Shown piece after piece: positions 17,271-26,831 of a stretch of DNA of 32,000 bases (positions are counted from its first letter, which is position 1; the number at the start of each line of letters is the position of its first letter). Location of the stretch: contig JAEXNT010000076.1 of NCBI GenBank assembly GCA_023439545.1, forward strand, positions 1-32,000. Reading direction: 5' to 3'. Under the pieces are notes generated by a model, which was given only the letters and a program-made list of their open reading frames with translations, had not been told where the DNA came from and ran no database searches. A program made the translations under genes and the position numbers. Source of the DNA: Bacillota bacterium (GTDB lineage Bacteria; Bacillota; Clostridia; Acetivibrionales; DTU013).

Positions 17271-19106
17271 CTATTTTGCAGTTGAACTCAATTTGCTTTC
17301 GATTTCGTCCAATCGCTTTTTGATATTAGTATTCTTTGACTTGTTGTTTATCTCGATATATTCCTTATAGTATTTTTGAGCATTACGGTAATCTTTCATA
17401 TCGTAATATGTATCTGCAAGAGCCTTGACGATAAATGAACTGTGTTTATTGAATTCATAACCTTTCAGGAACGCCTTCAAAGCGTCGTCGGTTCTACCGA
17501 GCTTTTGATAGGCAGAGCCAAGGTTGAATTCTGCATACTCCGATTTTGAAAACATCAATGCTTTATTCGCCTCTGTAATGCAATTATCGTAATCCTCCTT
17601 AAGTAGGTAGACCTTTGAAAGGTTGGTATGGGCGGTGCTGTTTGCATTATTCATGGAAATTGCCTTTTTATACTCTATTTCAGCAAGATCCAGATATTCA
17701 GTATTCATCTTTTTTTCATCATATGCGTTAAGGTAGCCGGTAGCCAGGGAATTATGGGCCCTGTCACTTGCGGGGGCCTTTTTTACCGTATCGTTCCAAA
17801 GACGTATAGTAGTCCCGTATACATAATTTCTGCAGATCGTCAGCCCGATATAGACGGGAGTAAGGCATAAAAACATCGCCAGCAGCCACGCGACAGGGTT
17901 TTTCAATATTGTCTTCCTGATAGGCAGGATGCGCCGGGAATTTCGCTTGCGTTCATAGGTTACAATACCGATAAGAAACATTATAAAACCGGCGATTGGG
18001 AAATAAAGCCTGTGTTCGAAGTATACATCCTTGATGGATATGAAGCTCGATTCCACGGCAAGGCCGATAAAGAACCACATTATGCCAAGTGTGGCAAGCC
18101 GGTTCCTTTTCCATGTATATATGCCAAACACGGCTATAAGCAGAAGGACAACCAGCGATATGTAGGATTGATTGTCCCAGATAGTGACGGATATCGGATA
18201 ATCGTTGCTATAGTCGAAGACCTGCCCCAGTGGCACAAATAAGAGGCGTATGTATAAAAGTATTACATTCAGCTGTGTGTAGAAATATTGAAACCGGTCC
18301 ATTGAAGTGCTGGCCTTGAAGCTCACATTCGGGTCGCTCTGGCTGTGTCCGTGGAACAGAAGATTCGTGCCCGGTATTACAGGCACTGTTGCAAAAATCA
18401 AAAGGAAAATAAGAAGCCTTTTTTTCCAGGTAGTTTTCTCGTCCTTAAGGAAAAACATTACTTCGATAAGGAGCAGCATGAACGGTATTGTGATCGTATT
18501 TTCCTTTGTAAACATGGCAATTACAGTGAACAGTATTGTAAGCAGCAGATGATACCATTTGTTTTTGATCCTGTATTCTAGGAAGAACACTATGGCTAAA
18601 AGATAAAATGTCGCCGCAAGCGACGCGGTTCTCTGTATAATGTAAGTTACTGCGTTGATCTGTAACGGATGGCTTACGAACAATATCGCGGCAAACGTGG
18701 AAATAATATTTGAATACCTTGAAATGAGCTTTCCTTTGAAATAGGGAAGGGCGAAAAGCTTTTTCAGTATAGCGTACAACAGTATCCCGTTAAAAGCGTG
18801 AATAAGAAGGTTGACTGCATGGTAACCGCCTTCTGCGGTTCCGTGTATGGCGTAATTTATTGAAAGCGTGAAATATAGTACTATCCTGTTGGCATAAAAC
18901 TGCCACAGACCGGCAAAATCGAAAAGCCTGTGTATTGAATAATTATTTGAGATAGAACCGAAATCGTCGAGAATAAACGGTACAAGGAAGCTGTCGCAAT
19001 AAGCGGCGCCCGCTGCAAGAACCACTGCGCCGTAGACCAACAATTCCCTCTGAAAAAGCCTGTTGAGCCAGTTCATTATTTTAATCGAAAGATATCCAGC
19101 CTTCAA
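17271..19106 (-). CDS. Polytopic membrane protein with C-terminal TPR repeats (PMT/TMTC-like glycosyltransferase-fold candidate)
   Basis: 611 aa. The first ~400 aa hold about 10 or more hydrophobic segments. The C-terminal ~170 aa are TPR-like (AHNSLATGYL..., AHTNLSKVYLLKEDYDNCI, EFNLGSAYQKLGRTDDAL, ALADTYYDMKDYRNAQKYY). TTG start with GGAGA 8 nt upstream, directly abutting the upstream stop. Confidence 0.65.
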   Translation of the reverse strand: MKAGYLSIKIMNWLNRLFQRELLVYGAVVLAAGAAYCDSFLVPFILDDFGSISNNYSIHRLFDFAGLWQFYANRIVLYFTLSINYAIHGTAEGGYHAVNLLIHAFNGILLYAILKKLFALPYFKGKLISRYSNIISTFAAILFVSHPLQINAVTYIIQRTASLAATFYLLAIVFFLEYRIKNKWYHLLLTILFTVIAMFTKENTITIPFMLLLIEVMFFLKDEKTTWKKRLLIFLLIFATVPVIPGTNLLFHGHSQSDPNVSFKASTSMDRFQYFYTQLNVILLYIRLLFVPLGQVFDYSNDYPISVTIWDNQSYISLVVLLLIAVFGIYTWKRNRLATLGIMWFFIGLAVESSFISIKDVYFEHRLYFPIAGFIMFLIGIVTYERKRNSRRILPIRKTILKNPVAWLLAMFLCLTPVYIGLTICRNYVYGTTIRLWNDTVKKAPASDRAHNSLATGYLNAYDEKKMNTEYLDLAEIEYKKAISMNNANSTAHTNLSKVYLLKEDYDNCITEANKALMFSKSEYAEFNLGSAYQKLGRTDDALKAFLKGYEFNKHSSFIVKALADTYYDMKDYRNAQKYYKEYIEINNKSKNTNIKKRLDEIESKLSSTAK

Positions 19107-20894
19107 TTAATCTTTCTCCATTTCACCAAGTATGCTTTGCCATACATCCATATCAAAGTCTTTACCGATATCGGGCCGATAATCCGGTATCGTGCCGAGC
19201 CGCCACAAAGAAACACCCTGTATGCCGAACAGCTTGGCGAGATCGACCTTCCGCATAACGCTTTCGGAATTTTCGTACCATACCGTGTTTTCATAGCCAG
19301 TTTTTGTATCGGTATATTTAATATACGGATTTTCATAATCCTTTGCATAAAGGTATGTAATTTTTTTATTTGTATTCAATAAATCTATGAAGTTCTGTAG
19401 GTTGAACGATTGTGGTACGGAATTTACCGTTCTGCCGTTCTGTCTCTGCCATACGGTCCAGTCGAAGGATATCTGCAGCATTATCTTGCTTTTGTCCTGA
19501 ACGCCGGTCTTCGGATCGGTTATTTTTTCCAGCGCGTAGTAAATATATTCGATAGGCGTGAGAGGAGTTATGTTGAAACCCTTGGCCATATCAGCCGCTG
19601 AAAGCTTTTTGGCGTCATAATCGTGCGCCATGAGGATAACCTTGTCGGCATACGTTCCGATCGTCCTGTAATCATAACCATCGAAACAGGAGGAGCTGTA
19701 CTTTTTACTTATCAGCGGCTGGACTGCGACATAGAGCTTTTTACCGTTTTTATCGAGTTCAGCCTTCAGGTTTTTCAGGAACTCATTGAAGGCCGTTTTC
19801 ATACTATCGCCCTTCAAACCCTCAAAATCGATCACTACGCCGTCAAAGCTTCCTTTTTCTTCGTCTCTTGACAGTTCATTGACTGATGCTATAATTTCAG
19901 AAATTGTAGAACTGAACTGTTGGGCATTTGTGAGAACATATTCAGGAATTCCTATCTTGCTTCCGGTTGCGGGATCGGTCATTTTTGAATCCTGTGATGC
20001 ATTGACCATAAGCAATGACGTCACCCCTGCTTCTTCGGCGGTCGCAAGTCGTTGAGTAAAGCCTTCGGGCAGGTAATAGTCGTTGTACCCCAGAGCCTTG
20101 TTCGAGGTGTTTACGACTACTTGTTTCCTGTCGGGATCGAAACTCAGTTTGCACCAGCCAAAGCCTACCGATGAAAGCTCGGTAATCTTGTCCTGCTGGG
20201 AGGAGGAGCTGATGGCATAGAAAGCGTTGAGATCCCTTACAGTCTTGAGACGCGCGCCATACATCCTGATGAGCATTTGTGCCGCCTGTTCCTTCAAAAG
20301 CTTTCCCGAAGGATTAAAGTAATTCGTTGGATCGATTATACCGAAATCCCGTGCCATCGTTATATATCCCGGATTTGTTCTGACGTCCTTGTATAGTGAG
20401 CCAAGGTAGGAAAGCTTTCCGGCAAGAGCGCCCCAGCCGAGTGAATTCACTATCATTACCGCGGCTTCTTCACGCGTAACAGGATCGGACGGCCTTATAT
20501 GGGCAGCAGTTTTAGAAATGACGCCCTTTGCCAATGCAGTTTCCACAGGAATGTACCAGGATTTCTTGGGATCCTTGTTATCTGTAAACGAACCTTTTTC
20601 AGGGTTGACCTCGTTCCAGTCCATAAGCTTGACCAGCAAGGTCAGAAATTCTCCCCTCGTAATGGTCTTGCCGTAACCGAACCGGTTGCTGCCTATACCG
20701 TCAGTAATACCAAGACTTCGAAGTTTGTTGATATCATTGAAATAAGGGCTGCTTTCCGGAACATCCGAAAACGGCTGGTCTGAAGAAACAGGTGCGCTTT
20801 GCGTCAGATATGCCGAATATGTCGACGCGGAAAGACCGAAAATAAATACGAATAGAACAAAACAGCAGATCACACTAATATATTTTTTTATCAT
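19107..20894 (-). CDS. Secreted protein with three SLH domains and a GH18-like (YaaH/SleL-type) domain
   Basis: Signal peptide MIKKYISVICCFVLFVFIFGLSA. Three SLH repeats (FSDVP...GITDG..., FTDNKD...VTREEAAVMIV, YKDV...LLKEQAAQMLIRMY). GH18-like motif FDGVVIDFEG, which reads DGxVxDxE against the canonical DGxDxDxE. Confidence 0.75.
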   Translation of the reverse strand: MIKKYISVICCFVLFVFIFGLSASTYSAYLTQSAPVSSDQPFSDVPESSPYFNDINKLRSLGITDGIGSNRFGYGKTITRGEFLTLLVKLMDWNEVNPEKGSFTDNKDPKKSWYIPVETALAKGVISKTAAHIRPSDPVTREEAAVMIVNSLGWGALAGKLSYLGSLYKDVRTNPGYITMARDFGIIDPTNYFNPSGKLLKEQAAQMLIRMYGARLKTVRDLNAFYAISSSSQQDKITELSSVGFGWCKLSFDPDRKQVVVNTSNKALGYNDYYLPEGFTQRLATAEEAGVTSLLMVNASQDSKMTDPATGSKIGIPEYVLTNAQQFSSTISEIIASVNELSRDEEKGSFDGVVIDFEGLKGDSMKTAFNEFLKNLKAELDKNGKKLYVAVQPLISKKYSSSCFDGYDYRTIGTYADKVILMAHDYDAKKLSAADMAKGFNITPLTPIEYIYYALEKITDPKTGVQDKSKIMLQISFDWTVWQRQNGRTVNSVPQSFNLQNFIDLLNTNKKITYLYAKDYENPYIKYTDTKTGYENTVWYENSESVMRKVDLAKLFGIQGVSLWRLGTIPDYRPDIGKDFDMDVWQSILGEMEKD

Positions 20895-21092
20895 TCTTTA
20901 TCCTCACGTAAAACATTTCTTTTAATTACATAATTCATCATAATTCTACCATAATGAAATGAATAACTGCAACAGCTGAGGGGGAATATGGTATAATAGC
21001 CTTACGATGTAAAGCTATTATACGCCGCCGGCAGAATTTATGCGCCGCCGATAATTTGCCTTTAATATTTGACGGCAAAACGGCGATGCGCA

Positions 21093-21120
21093 ATTATACC
21101 ATGCTAAATCATGGTATAAT
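21093..21120. promoter_or_regulatory. Perfect 11-bp inverted repeat overlapping an extended -10 (TGGTATAAT) upstream of the cysteine desulfurase gene
   Basis: ATTATACCATG (21093-21103), ctaaat spacer, CATGGTATAAT (21110-21120). The right arm contains TGnTATAAT. A second TGGTATAAT at 20989-20997 sits in a 10-bp hairpin (gtataatagc 20991-21000 / gctattatac 21014-21023). Confidence 0.45.
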
Positions 21121-21212
21121 ATGATGTAATGTTAACTGCAGTCGATGAGCTGCCCGGTATCCTTCAACGCAAGGAATCAGGGCCGATAACGATCGGAGCG
21201 AAGATAAACCAA

Positions 21213-22385
21213 ATGCAAAAAGAAATATATCTGGACAACAGTGCAACGACAAGACAATATGACGATGTGACATCCTTAATGGCGGATATTGCCGCAAACA
21301 AATACGGCAACCCTTCGTCTCTTCATACAAAAGGGATGGAAGCAGAAAAGCTCGTTAACTCGGCAAGAAAGGAAATAGCTGATTCCCTGGGAGCCGAACC
21401 CCGGGAAATATACTTTACTTCCGGCGGCACAGAATCGAATAATCTGGCCATAAGAGGCTACCTTGACGCAAATCCGAGAAAAGGAAAGCACATCATCACT
21501 ACAAAGGCGGAGCATCCGTCGGTAATGGAGGTATACCGCCATCTTGAAGAGCAGGGTTACCGGGTGGACTATATAGGTATCGATGAAAAAGGTTCAATCG
21601 ACCTCCGGGAACTGAGGGATAAAATTTCCTCAGAAACTTCGCTGATCAGCTTTATAATGGTCAATAACGAAACAGGCGCAATACAGCAGATGGACAGGAT
21701 AGCGGCAATACGCGACGAATTGAACCCGCAGGCAGTCATTCATGCGGATGCTGTACAGGCATACGGCAAGATAAGAATACTGCCCGAAAAATCAGGGATA
21801 GGACTCATGTCGCTCAGCTCACACAAAATCCATGGTCCGAAGGGCGTGGGCGCATTATACGTATCACGGAGGATCAGGATAAAGCCGCTGTTTTTCGGAG
21901 GCGGGCAGGAAGCTCTTATGCGCTCAGGCACCGAAAATGTGCCTGGCATCGCAGGTTTGGGACTTGCTGCAAAAATGACTTTCGAAAAGCTGGAGTCCAA
22001 TTACGATAAAGTGAGTAATATAAAGCAGCGTTTTATAGAAATGCTTGCAGGTTCCGGAATCGAACATCGCGTTAATTCCCCTGAAGACGCCTCTCCCTAC
22101 GTCATTAATATCTCCTTTGCCGACGTCAGGGCGGAAGTGCTGCTGCACCATCTGGAGCAGAAGGGTATATACGTATCCACTGGTTCAGCCTGTTCTTCCC
22201 ACAAGAATACTAGGAGCCATGTACTGACGGCTATGAGTGTTCCCGCCGCTCTGATCGACGGCGCCATAAGGTTCAGCCTTTCAGGCTTCAATACGCAGGC
22301 GGAAATCGAGCAGACTGTCGATGCATTGAAAGATATAATCCCGGTAATCGATATCAAAAGGAGATATAAGAGTAGGAGGACGTAA
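21213..22385 (+). CDS. iscS: Cysteine desulfurase (NifS/IscS family; NifZ-like partner of ThiI)
   Basis: MQKEIYLDNSATT N-terminus is typical of the family. PLP-Lys motif SSHKIHGPKG. Catalytic loop GSACSS. The stop overlaps the thiI ATG by 1 nt (TAATG). The track ORF starts at 21129, but the family-typical start is the ATG at 21213. Confidence 0.88.
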   Translation: MQKEIYLDNSATTRQYDDVTSLMADIAANKYGNPSSLHTKGMEAEKLVNSARKEIADSLGAEPREIYFTSGGTESNNLAIRGYLDANPRKGKHIITTKAEHPSVMEVYRHLEEQGYRVDYIGIDEKGSIDLRELRDKISSETSLISFIMVNNETGAIQQMDRIAAIRDELNPQAVIHADAVQAYGKIRILPEKSGIGLMSLSSHKIHGPKGVGALYVSRRIRIKPLFFGGGQEALMRSGTENVPGIAGLGLAAKMTFEKLESNYDKVSNIKQRFIEMLAGSGIEHRVNSPEDASPYVINISFADVRAEVLLHHLEQKGIYVSTGSACSSHKNTRSHVLTAMSVPAALIDGAIRFSLSGFNTQAEIEQTVDALKDIIPVIDIKRRYKSRRT

Positions 22386-23578
22386 TGGATAAGGTAATAC
22401 TTGTAAGATACGGAGAGATCATATTAAAGGGGCTTAACAGGCCGGTTTTTGAAGAAAAACTGATGAGCAACATAAAAAAGTCTTTATATGGTCTCGGGAA
22501 AGCCGATATTAAACGTTCGCAGGCAAGGATATATATCGAGCCCCACGAAGACGGCTTTGATTATGACGAAGCGATTACAAGGCTCGTAAAGGTATTCGGG
22601 ATCGTATCGCTCAGTATCGCGCAAAAGCTCCCCTCGGATTTCAACGAAATAACGAAGCGGTCGCTTGAGCTCGCAAGGGAATATGTAGATTCCATGAGAA
22701 AGAAAGTCAAGTCAGGGACTATTGCGTTCAAGGTAGAAGCAAAGAGGGGAGACAAGCATTTTCCGATGCAATCTCCGGAAATCAGCGCAGAGCTCGGCGG
22801 TTACCTGCTCGAGAACATTCCCGCGCTAAAGGTCGACGTACGCCATCCCGACTTCATTTTTTACGTCGAGGTTCGTGAAAGTACATATATATATTGCGAT
22901 ATCATACCCTCGAATGGCGGACTTCCGACCGGGACTAACGGAAAAGCGGTCCTTCTGCTTTCCGGAGGCATAGACAGTCCCGTGGCCGGCTGGATGATGG
23001 CAAAACGCGGAATGGAGCTGGAGGCTGTCCATTTTTACAGTTATCCTTACACTAGCGAAAGGGCAAAAGACAAGGTACTCGCGCTCGCAAAGATACTGTC
23101 GCGGTATTGTTACCGCATAAAGCTACATGTAGTCCCGTTTACTGAGATACAGCTCGAAATAAACGACAAATGTCCTGAAGACCACCTTACCATTATAATG
23201 CGCAGGGTCATGATGAAAATCGCCGAAAGAATTGCTAAAAAGAGCGGTGCGTTGGCGCTTATAACGGGCGAAAGCCTTGGACAGGTAGCGAGTCAGACAC
23301 TCCACAGCCTCGCCGTCACGAACGCGGTATGCGAGCTGCCCGTATTCAGGCCTTTGATCGGCATGGATAAGAATGAAGTAATAGATATCGCCAGGAAGAT
23401 AGATACTTTCGAAACCTCGATACTGCCCTATGAGGACTGCTGTACGGTGTTTGTCGCAAAGCACCCGAAGACAAGGCCAAAGCTCGTGGAAGTCGAAAAA
23501 TATGAAGAGGTTCTCCAGCTTGAGGAAATGATGGAGAAAGCTATCAATGATACCGAAACTATACTCGTGACCGAGTAA
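22385..23578 (+). CDS. thiI: tRNA 4-thiouridine(8) synthase ThiI (no rhodanese domain)
   Basis: N-terminal ILVRYGEI.LKG (ferredoxin-like/THUMP region). PP-loop LLSGGIDSPVA. ITGESLGQVASQT. Confidence 0.93.
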   Translation: MDKVILVRYGEIILKGLNRPVFEEKLMSNIKKSLYGLGKADIKRSQARIYIEPHEDGFDYDEAITRLVKVFGIVSLSIAQKLPSDFNEITKRSLELAREYVDSMRKKVKSGTIAFKVEAKRGDKHFPMQSPEISAELGGYLLENIPALKVDVRHPDFIFYVEVRESTYIYCDIIPSNGGLPTGTNGKAVLLLSGGIDSPVAGWMMAKRGMELEAVHFYSYPYTSERAKDKVLALAKILSRYCYRIKLHVVPFTEIQLEINDKCPEDHLTIIMRRVMMKIAERIAKKSGALALITGESLGQVASQTLHSLAVTNAVCELPVFRPLIGMDKNEVIDIARKIDTFETSILPYEDCCTVFVAKHPKTRPKLVEVEKYEEVLQLEEMMEKAINDTETILVTE

Positions 23579-23665
23579 TTACCATACATGTAATACAGGC
23601 ACTCAAGTCAACAATATAATAAATTAGAATATTGCTGAAAGAGGTTGTTGCTGGTGTCTGACACA

Positions 23666-25015
23666 ATGAAAAAAGGCTTTAAGGGCTTTGTCATCGGTTC
23701 GGCAATCGTTGCTGCACTGTGTGCCGCAGGTTTACTCATAATTTCGCGCATATACACGGGCGACACGATCAGGAAGGGCGTAAAAATAGGACAAACAGAC
23801 GTATCGTGGATGACTGCGGAGGATGCCAGGCTGATGCTGGCGGAGGAACATGAAAACAACAGCGGCGGCCGCCATATCGAGCTTACATACAAAGACCGCG
23901 TATGGACGATAGCTCCTGAAGATATAGGATACCATTATGATATAGACGAAGCCGTACAGCAGGCTTATCATATCGCCAGGGAAGGCAGCGTATTCAGTAA
24001 GATATACAATTCGCTGCTTCTGGCAAACGGGGGGCATCAGGTAGAAATAGGTGAGGGTTATGACAGCGACCGGCTTTTATCGATTTTTCATAAAATTAAA
24101 AAAGAGATCGATTCAAAACCCAAAGATGCTGCACTGACTTACGCAGCGAAAAAAATCAATATTACAAGGGAAACTGACTATAGGAACCTGGATATTGACA
24201 GAAATATCGAATTGGTAGAAAATCAATTAAGAAAGGGTATTTTCGGAACGATCGAATTGCAGGTGGATGAGCGTAAACCCCGCCTCACCTACGACGAACT
24301 GAGTGCAGTCAACGGAGTAATATCGAACTTCAGCACTCAGTTCAACAGAAACGATGTAAACAGGACGGATAATATCAAGCTGGCTTGCAGCAGGATCGAC
24401 AACAGGATTTTGCTTCCCGGGGAATCATTTTCGATGAATTCCGTTTTGGGGCCAAGAACGCGGGACAACGGTTATAAGGAAGCCCCGATCATTTTCAAGA
24501 ATGAGCTTGTTCCGGGCACGGGCGGAGGCGTCTGCCAGGTATCGTCAACGTTATACAATACTGTGCTGCTGGCAGGCCTCGATGTGATCGAACGTACGCA
24601 TCATTCGATGCCGCTGACATACATCAGTCCCGGGAGGGACGCTACGATAAACGAAGGCTCCATAGATTTCAGGTTTGTAAACGATTCCGGATACCCGGTC
24701 GTCCTGAAAGCTTACGTAAGCGGAAGCAGGCTGTATATAAGTCTGTTGGGCAAAAAGCGGGAGGATGGGCTGGTAATAAGATTGAAAACTCAAACCATAG
24801 GAGTCTATATGCCAAAGCCGGATGAGGTAATAATCGATAATACCCTGCCTAATGGACAGAAGGTAGTGGAGCGCAAAGCGGTAAAGGGAGTCAGGGTCGT
24901 AGTTTACAGGGAAGCTTACAAAAACGACAGTCTCGAATGGAGAGAAAAGCTTTCGGAAGACTATTACAAGCCGATCCGGGGCATAATCAGGGTCAGTAGC
25001 GATAGTGCGGGTTGA
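23666..25015 (+). CDS. VanW-family protein with N-terminal membrane anchor and C-terminal G5-like domain
   Basis: MKKGFKGFVIGSAIVAALCAAGLLII anchor. VanW core (GGGVCQVSSTLYN...ERTHHS). C-terminal G5-like stretch (QKVVERKAVKGVRVVVYRE). Alternative in-frame starts exist at 23645 (TTG) and 23654 (GTG, 9 nt after AGAGG). Confidence 0.8.
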   Translation: MKKGFKGFVIGSAIVAALCAAGLLIISRIYTGDTIRKGVKIGQTDVSWMTAEDARLMLAEEHENNSGGRHIELTYKDRVWTIAPEDIGYHYDIDEAVQQAYHIAREGSVFSKIYNSLLLANGGHQVEIGEGYDSDRLLSIFHKIKKEIDSKPKDAALTYAAKKINITRETDYRNLDIDRNIELVENQLRKGIFGTIELQVDERKPRLTYDELSAVNGVISNFSTQFNRNDVNRTDNIKLACSRIDNRILLPGESFSMNSVLGPRTRDNGYKEAPIIFKNELVPGTGGGVCQVSSTLYNTVLLAGLDVIERTHHSMPLTYISPGRDATINEGSIDFRFVNDSGYPVVLKAYVSGSRLYISLLGKKREDGLVIRLKTQTIGVYMPKPDEVIIDNTLPNGQKVVERKAVKGVRVVVYREAYKNDSLEWREKLSEDYYKPIRGIIRVSSDSAG

Positions 25016-25076
25016 GTCAGTCAAGTATGAGAAGTTGATACGATAATATAGACAACATAGAAAACGAGGGGTCAAA

Positions 25077-25772
25077 ATGAACGAAAATCTTTACAATAAA
25101 GAGATCGTCTGCCCGGTCTGTATGCAAAAATTCGATGTTACGAAGGTAAAGACAAGAGGTTGTAAGGTAAAGAGCAGGGATACGGATTTTTGCATTTATT
25201 ACGAAGATATCAATCCGATCTTTTATGATGCATGGGTATGCGAGAATTGCGGGTATGCGGCCCAGTCGGAAAAATTCCTCGACATACCTCCCAGGGATGT
25301 AAATACTATCAAGGCCAAGATAACTCCCAAATGGAAAAAGAGGTCCTTCAGCGGCGAAAGGTCTGTGGATACGGCGTTGGAAGCCTTCAAGCTCGTGCTG
25401 ATAAATCATCAGGCGCGCGGGGCAAAAGCGAGCGAACTTGCGAAGATCTGCATGAGAATCGCATGGCTCTATAGAATAAAAAAGGATGAAAAAGAGCATG
25501 AGTTTGTCAAATATGCTCTCAGATATTACACTGAGACCTACGAAAAGGAAAGATTCCCGGCGGACAAGCTCGATGAGAATACCTGCATGTATATGATAGG
25601 AGAATTGAATTTCAGGGCAGGCAATCTCGATGAATCCGTCAAATGGTTCAGCAGACTGATAAGTTCTCCGGACGCGAGAAGGATACCGACGCTTATAGAA
25701 GCCGCAAGGGACGAATTCCAGCTCGTAAAGGAAAAATTGGGCAGCGCGGGCGAAGCGGCAGGTGGGAATTGA
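25077..25772 (+). CDS. DUF2225-family protein (zinc-ribbon N-terminus plus TPR-like C-terminus)
   Basis: CPVC...(37 aa)...CENC zinc-ribbon spacing with YYEDINPIFYDAWVC, as I recall for DUF2225. Helical C-terminal half. GAGGGG 6 nt upstream of the ATG. Confidence 0.7.
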   Translation: MNENLYNKEIVCPVCMQKFDVTKVKTRGCKVKSRDTDFCIYYEDINPIFYDAWVCENCGYAAQSEKFLDIPPRDVNTIKAKITPKWKKRSFSGERSVDTALEAFKLVLINHQARGAKASELAKICMRIAWLYRIKKDEKEHEFVKYALRYYTETYEKERFPADKLDENTCMYMIGELNFRAGNLDESVKWFSRLISSPDARRIPTLIEAARDEFQLVKEKLGSAGEAAGGN

Positions 25773-25775
25773 TCG

Positions 25776-26768
25776 ATGGAAAACCCGATGAAAACCGGCA
25801 AATTGCCCAACGATGTACTTGAAAAAATTGTGATCGGTAAGCTCCGCAATATACGAAGCGAGGTACTCGTACGTCCCGGAGTCGGCATGGATTGTTCCGC
25901 AGTGGACTTCGGAGAATATGCCTGCGTACTTTCGAGCGATCCGATAACGGGGACAGCCAAAGAAATCGGCAGGCTTGCCGTACATATAAGCTGCAACGAT
26001 ATCGCTTCCTGCGGAGTCGAGCCGCTGGGCCTGATGACTACGATACTTTGTCCTCCGGGTTCTACCGAAAAAGAGCTTGAACAGATAATGGATCAATTGG
26101 CGAATGCCGCTGCCTCGGTAAATGTCGATCTGCTCGGCGGGCATACGGAAGTGACTACGGCAGTAACACGTTTCGTCATCTCCTGCACCGCTGTCGGGCG
26201 CTGTGTCAGGGACGGTATGGTCATTGCTGCAGACGCAAAGGACGGGGACGATCTCATTATAACCAAGCACGCCGGACTCGAAGGCGCGTCCATTATTGCG
26301 CATGAAAGGGAAATGGAACTGATGCCTGTATTGGGCGATCAGACAATAAATGAAGCCAAGGCTTTCATGAATAACGTAAGCGTGGTGAAGGACGGGCTTG
26401 CAGCCGCAAAGTATGGCGCGCATGCGATGCACGACGTGACGGAAGGCGGGATACTGGGTGCTGTATGGGAAATTTGCGAGGCCTCAGGTAAGGGTGTTGA
26501 AGTTTACATAGAACAGATACCTGTTATGTTATCAACTCGAAGAATATGTGAATACTATAATATAGATCCGTATAGATTGATCTCGAGCGGATGCATGCTG
26601 ATTGCCGCCCGGGACGGGGAGGAAATGGCCGGACGGCTCAGGAAAGAGGGCATAGACGCAGCGGTAATAGGCAGACTGAACGGAACGGGTGAAAGGGTCA
26701 TAGTCAAAGATGGCAGAAAGGAATCGATCGCGCCTCCGGAGGCTGATGAATTATACAAAGTTTTGTAA
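25776..26768 (+). CDS. AIR-synthase-related (PurM/HypE/ThiL superfamily) protein
   Basis: 330 aa. GKLPNDVLEKIV N-terminus. DCSAV...VLSSDPIT, NDIASCG and LLGGHTE are typical of the PurM-like N- and C-domains. Starts 3 nt after the DUF2225 stop. Confidence 0.75.
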   Translation: MENPMKTGKLPNDVLEKIVIGKLRNIRSEVLVRPGVGMDCSAVDFGEYACVLSSDPITGTAKEIGRLAVHISCNDIASCGVEPLGLMTTILCPPGSTEKELEQIMDQLANAAASVNVDLLGGHTEVTTAVTRFVISCTAVGRCVRDGMVIAADAKDGDDLIITKHAGLEGASIIAHEREMELMPVLGDQTINEAKAFMNNVSVVKDGLAAAKYGAHAMHDVTEGGILGAVWEICEASGKGVEVYIEQIPVMLSTRRICEYYNIDPYRLISSGCMLIAARDGEEMAGRLRKEGIDAAVIGRLNGTGERVIVKDGRKESIAPPEADELYKVL

Positions 26769-26772
26769 TAAC

Positions 26773-26801
26773 TTGACATACTTTTTTTGAATGTTTATAA
26801 T
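26773..26801 (+). promoter_or_regulatory. Consensus sigma-A promoter driving the glyA leader
   Basis: TTGACA (26773-26778), 17-nt spacer, TATAAT (26796-26801). This predicts a leader of about 255 nt before the glyA ATG. Confidence 0.75.
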
Positions 26802-26831
26802 CAATACGGTAAAAGTAAAGTTGAATAAAGC

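Noticed and set aside
25017-26432. Very long (471 aa) minus-strand ORF spanning the DUF2225 and AIR-synthase-like genes
   Set aside because: It is exactly codon-aligned antisense to two + strand genes that have clear family motifs and RBSs. In that register it stays open simply because the sense genes avoid TTA, CTA and TCA codons. Its translation is Arg/Phe/Tyr/Cys/His-rich with no motif and no RBS.
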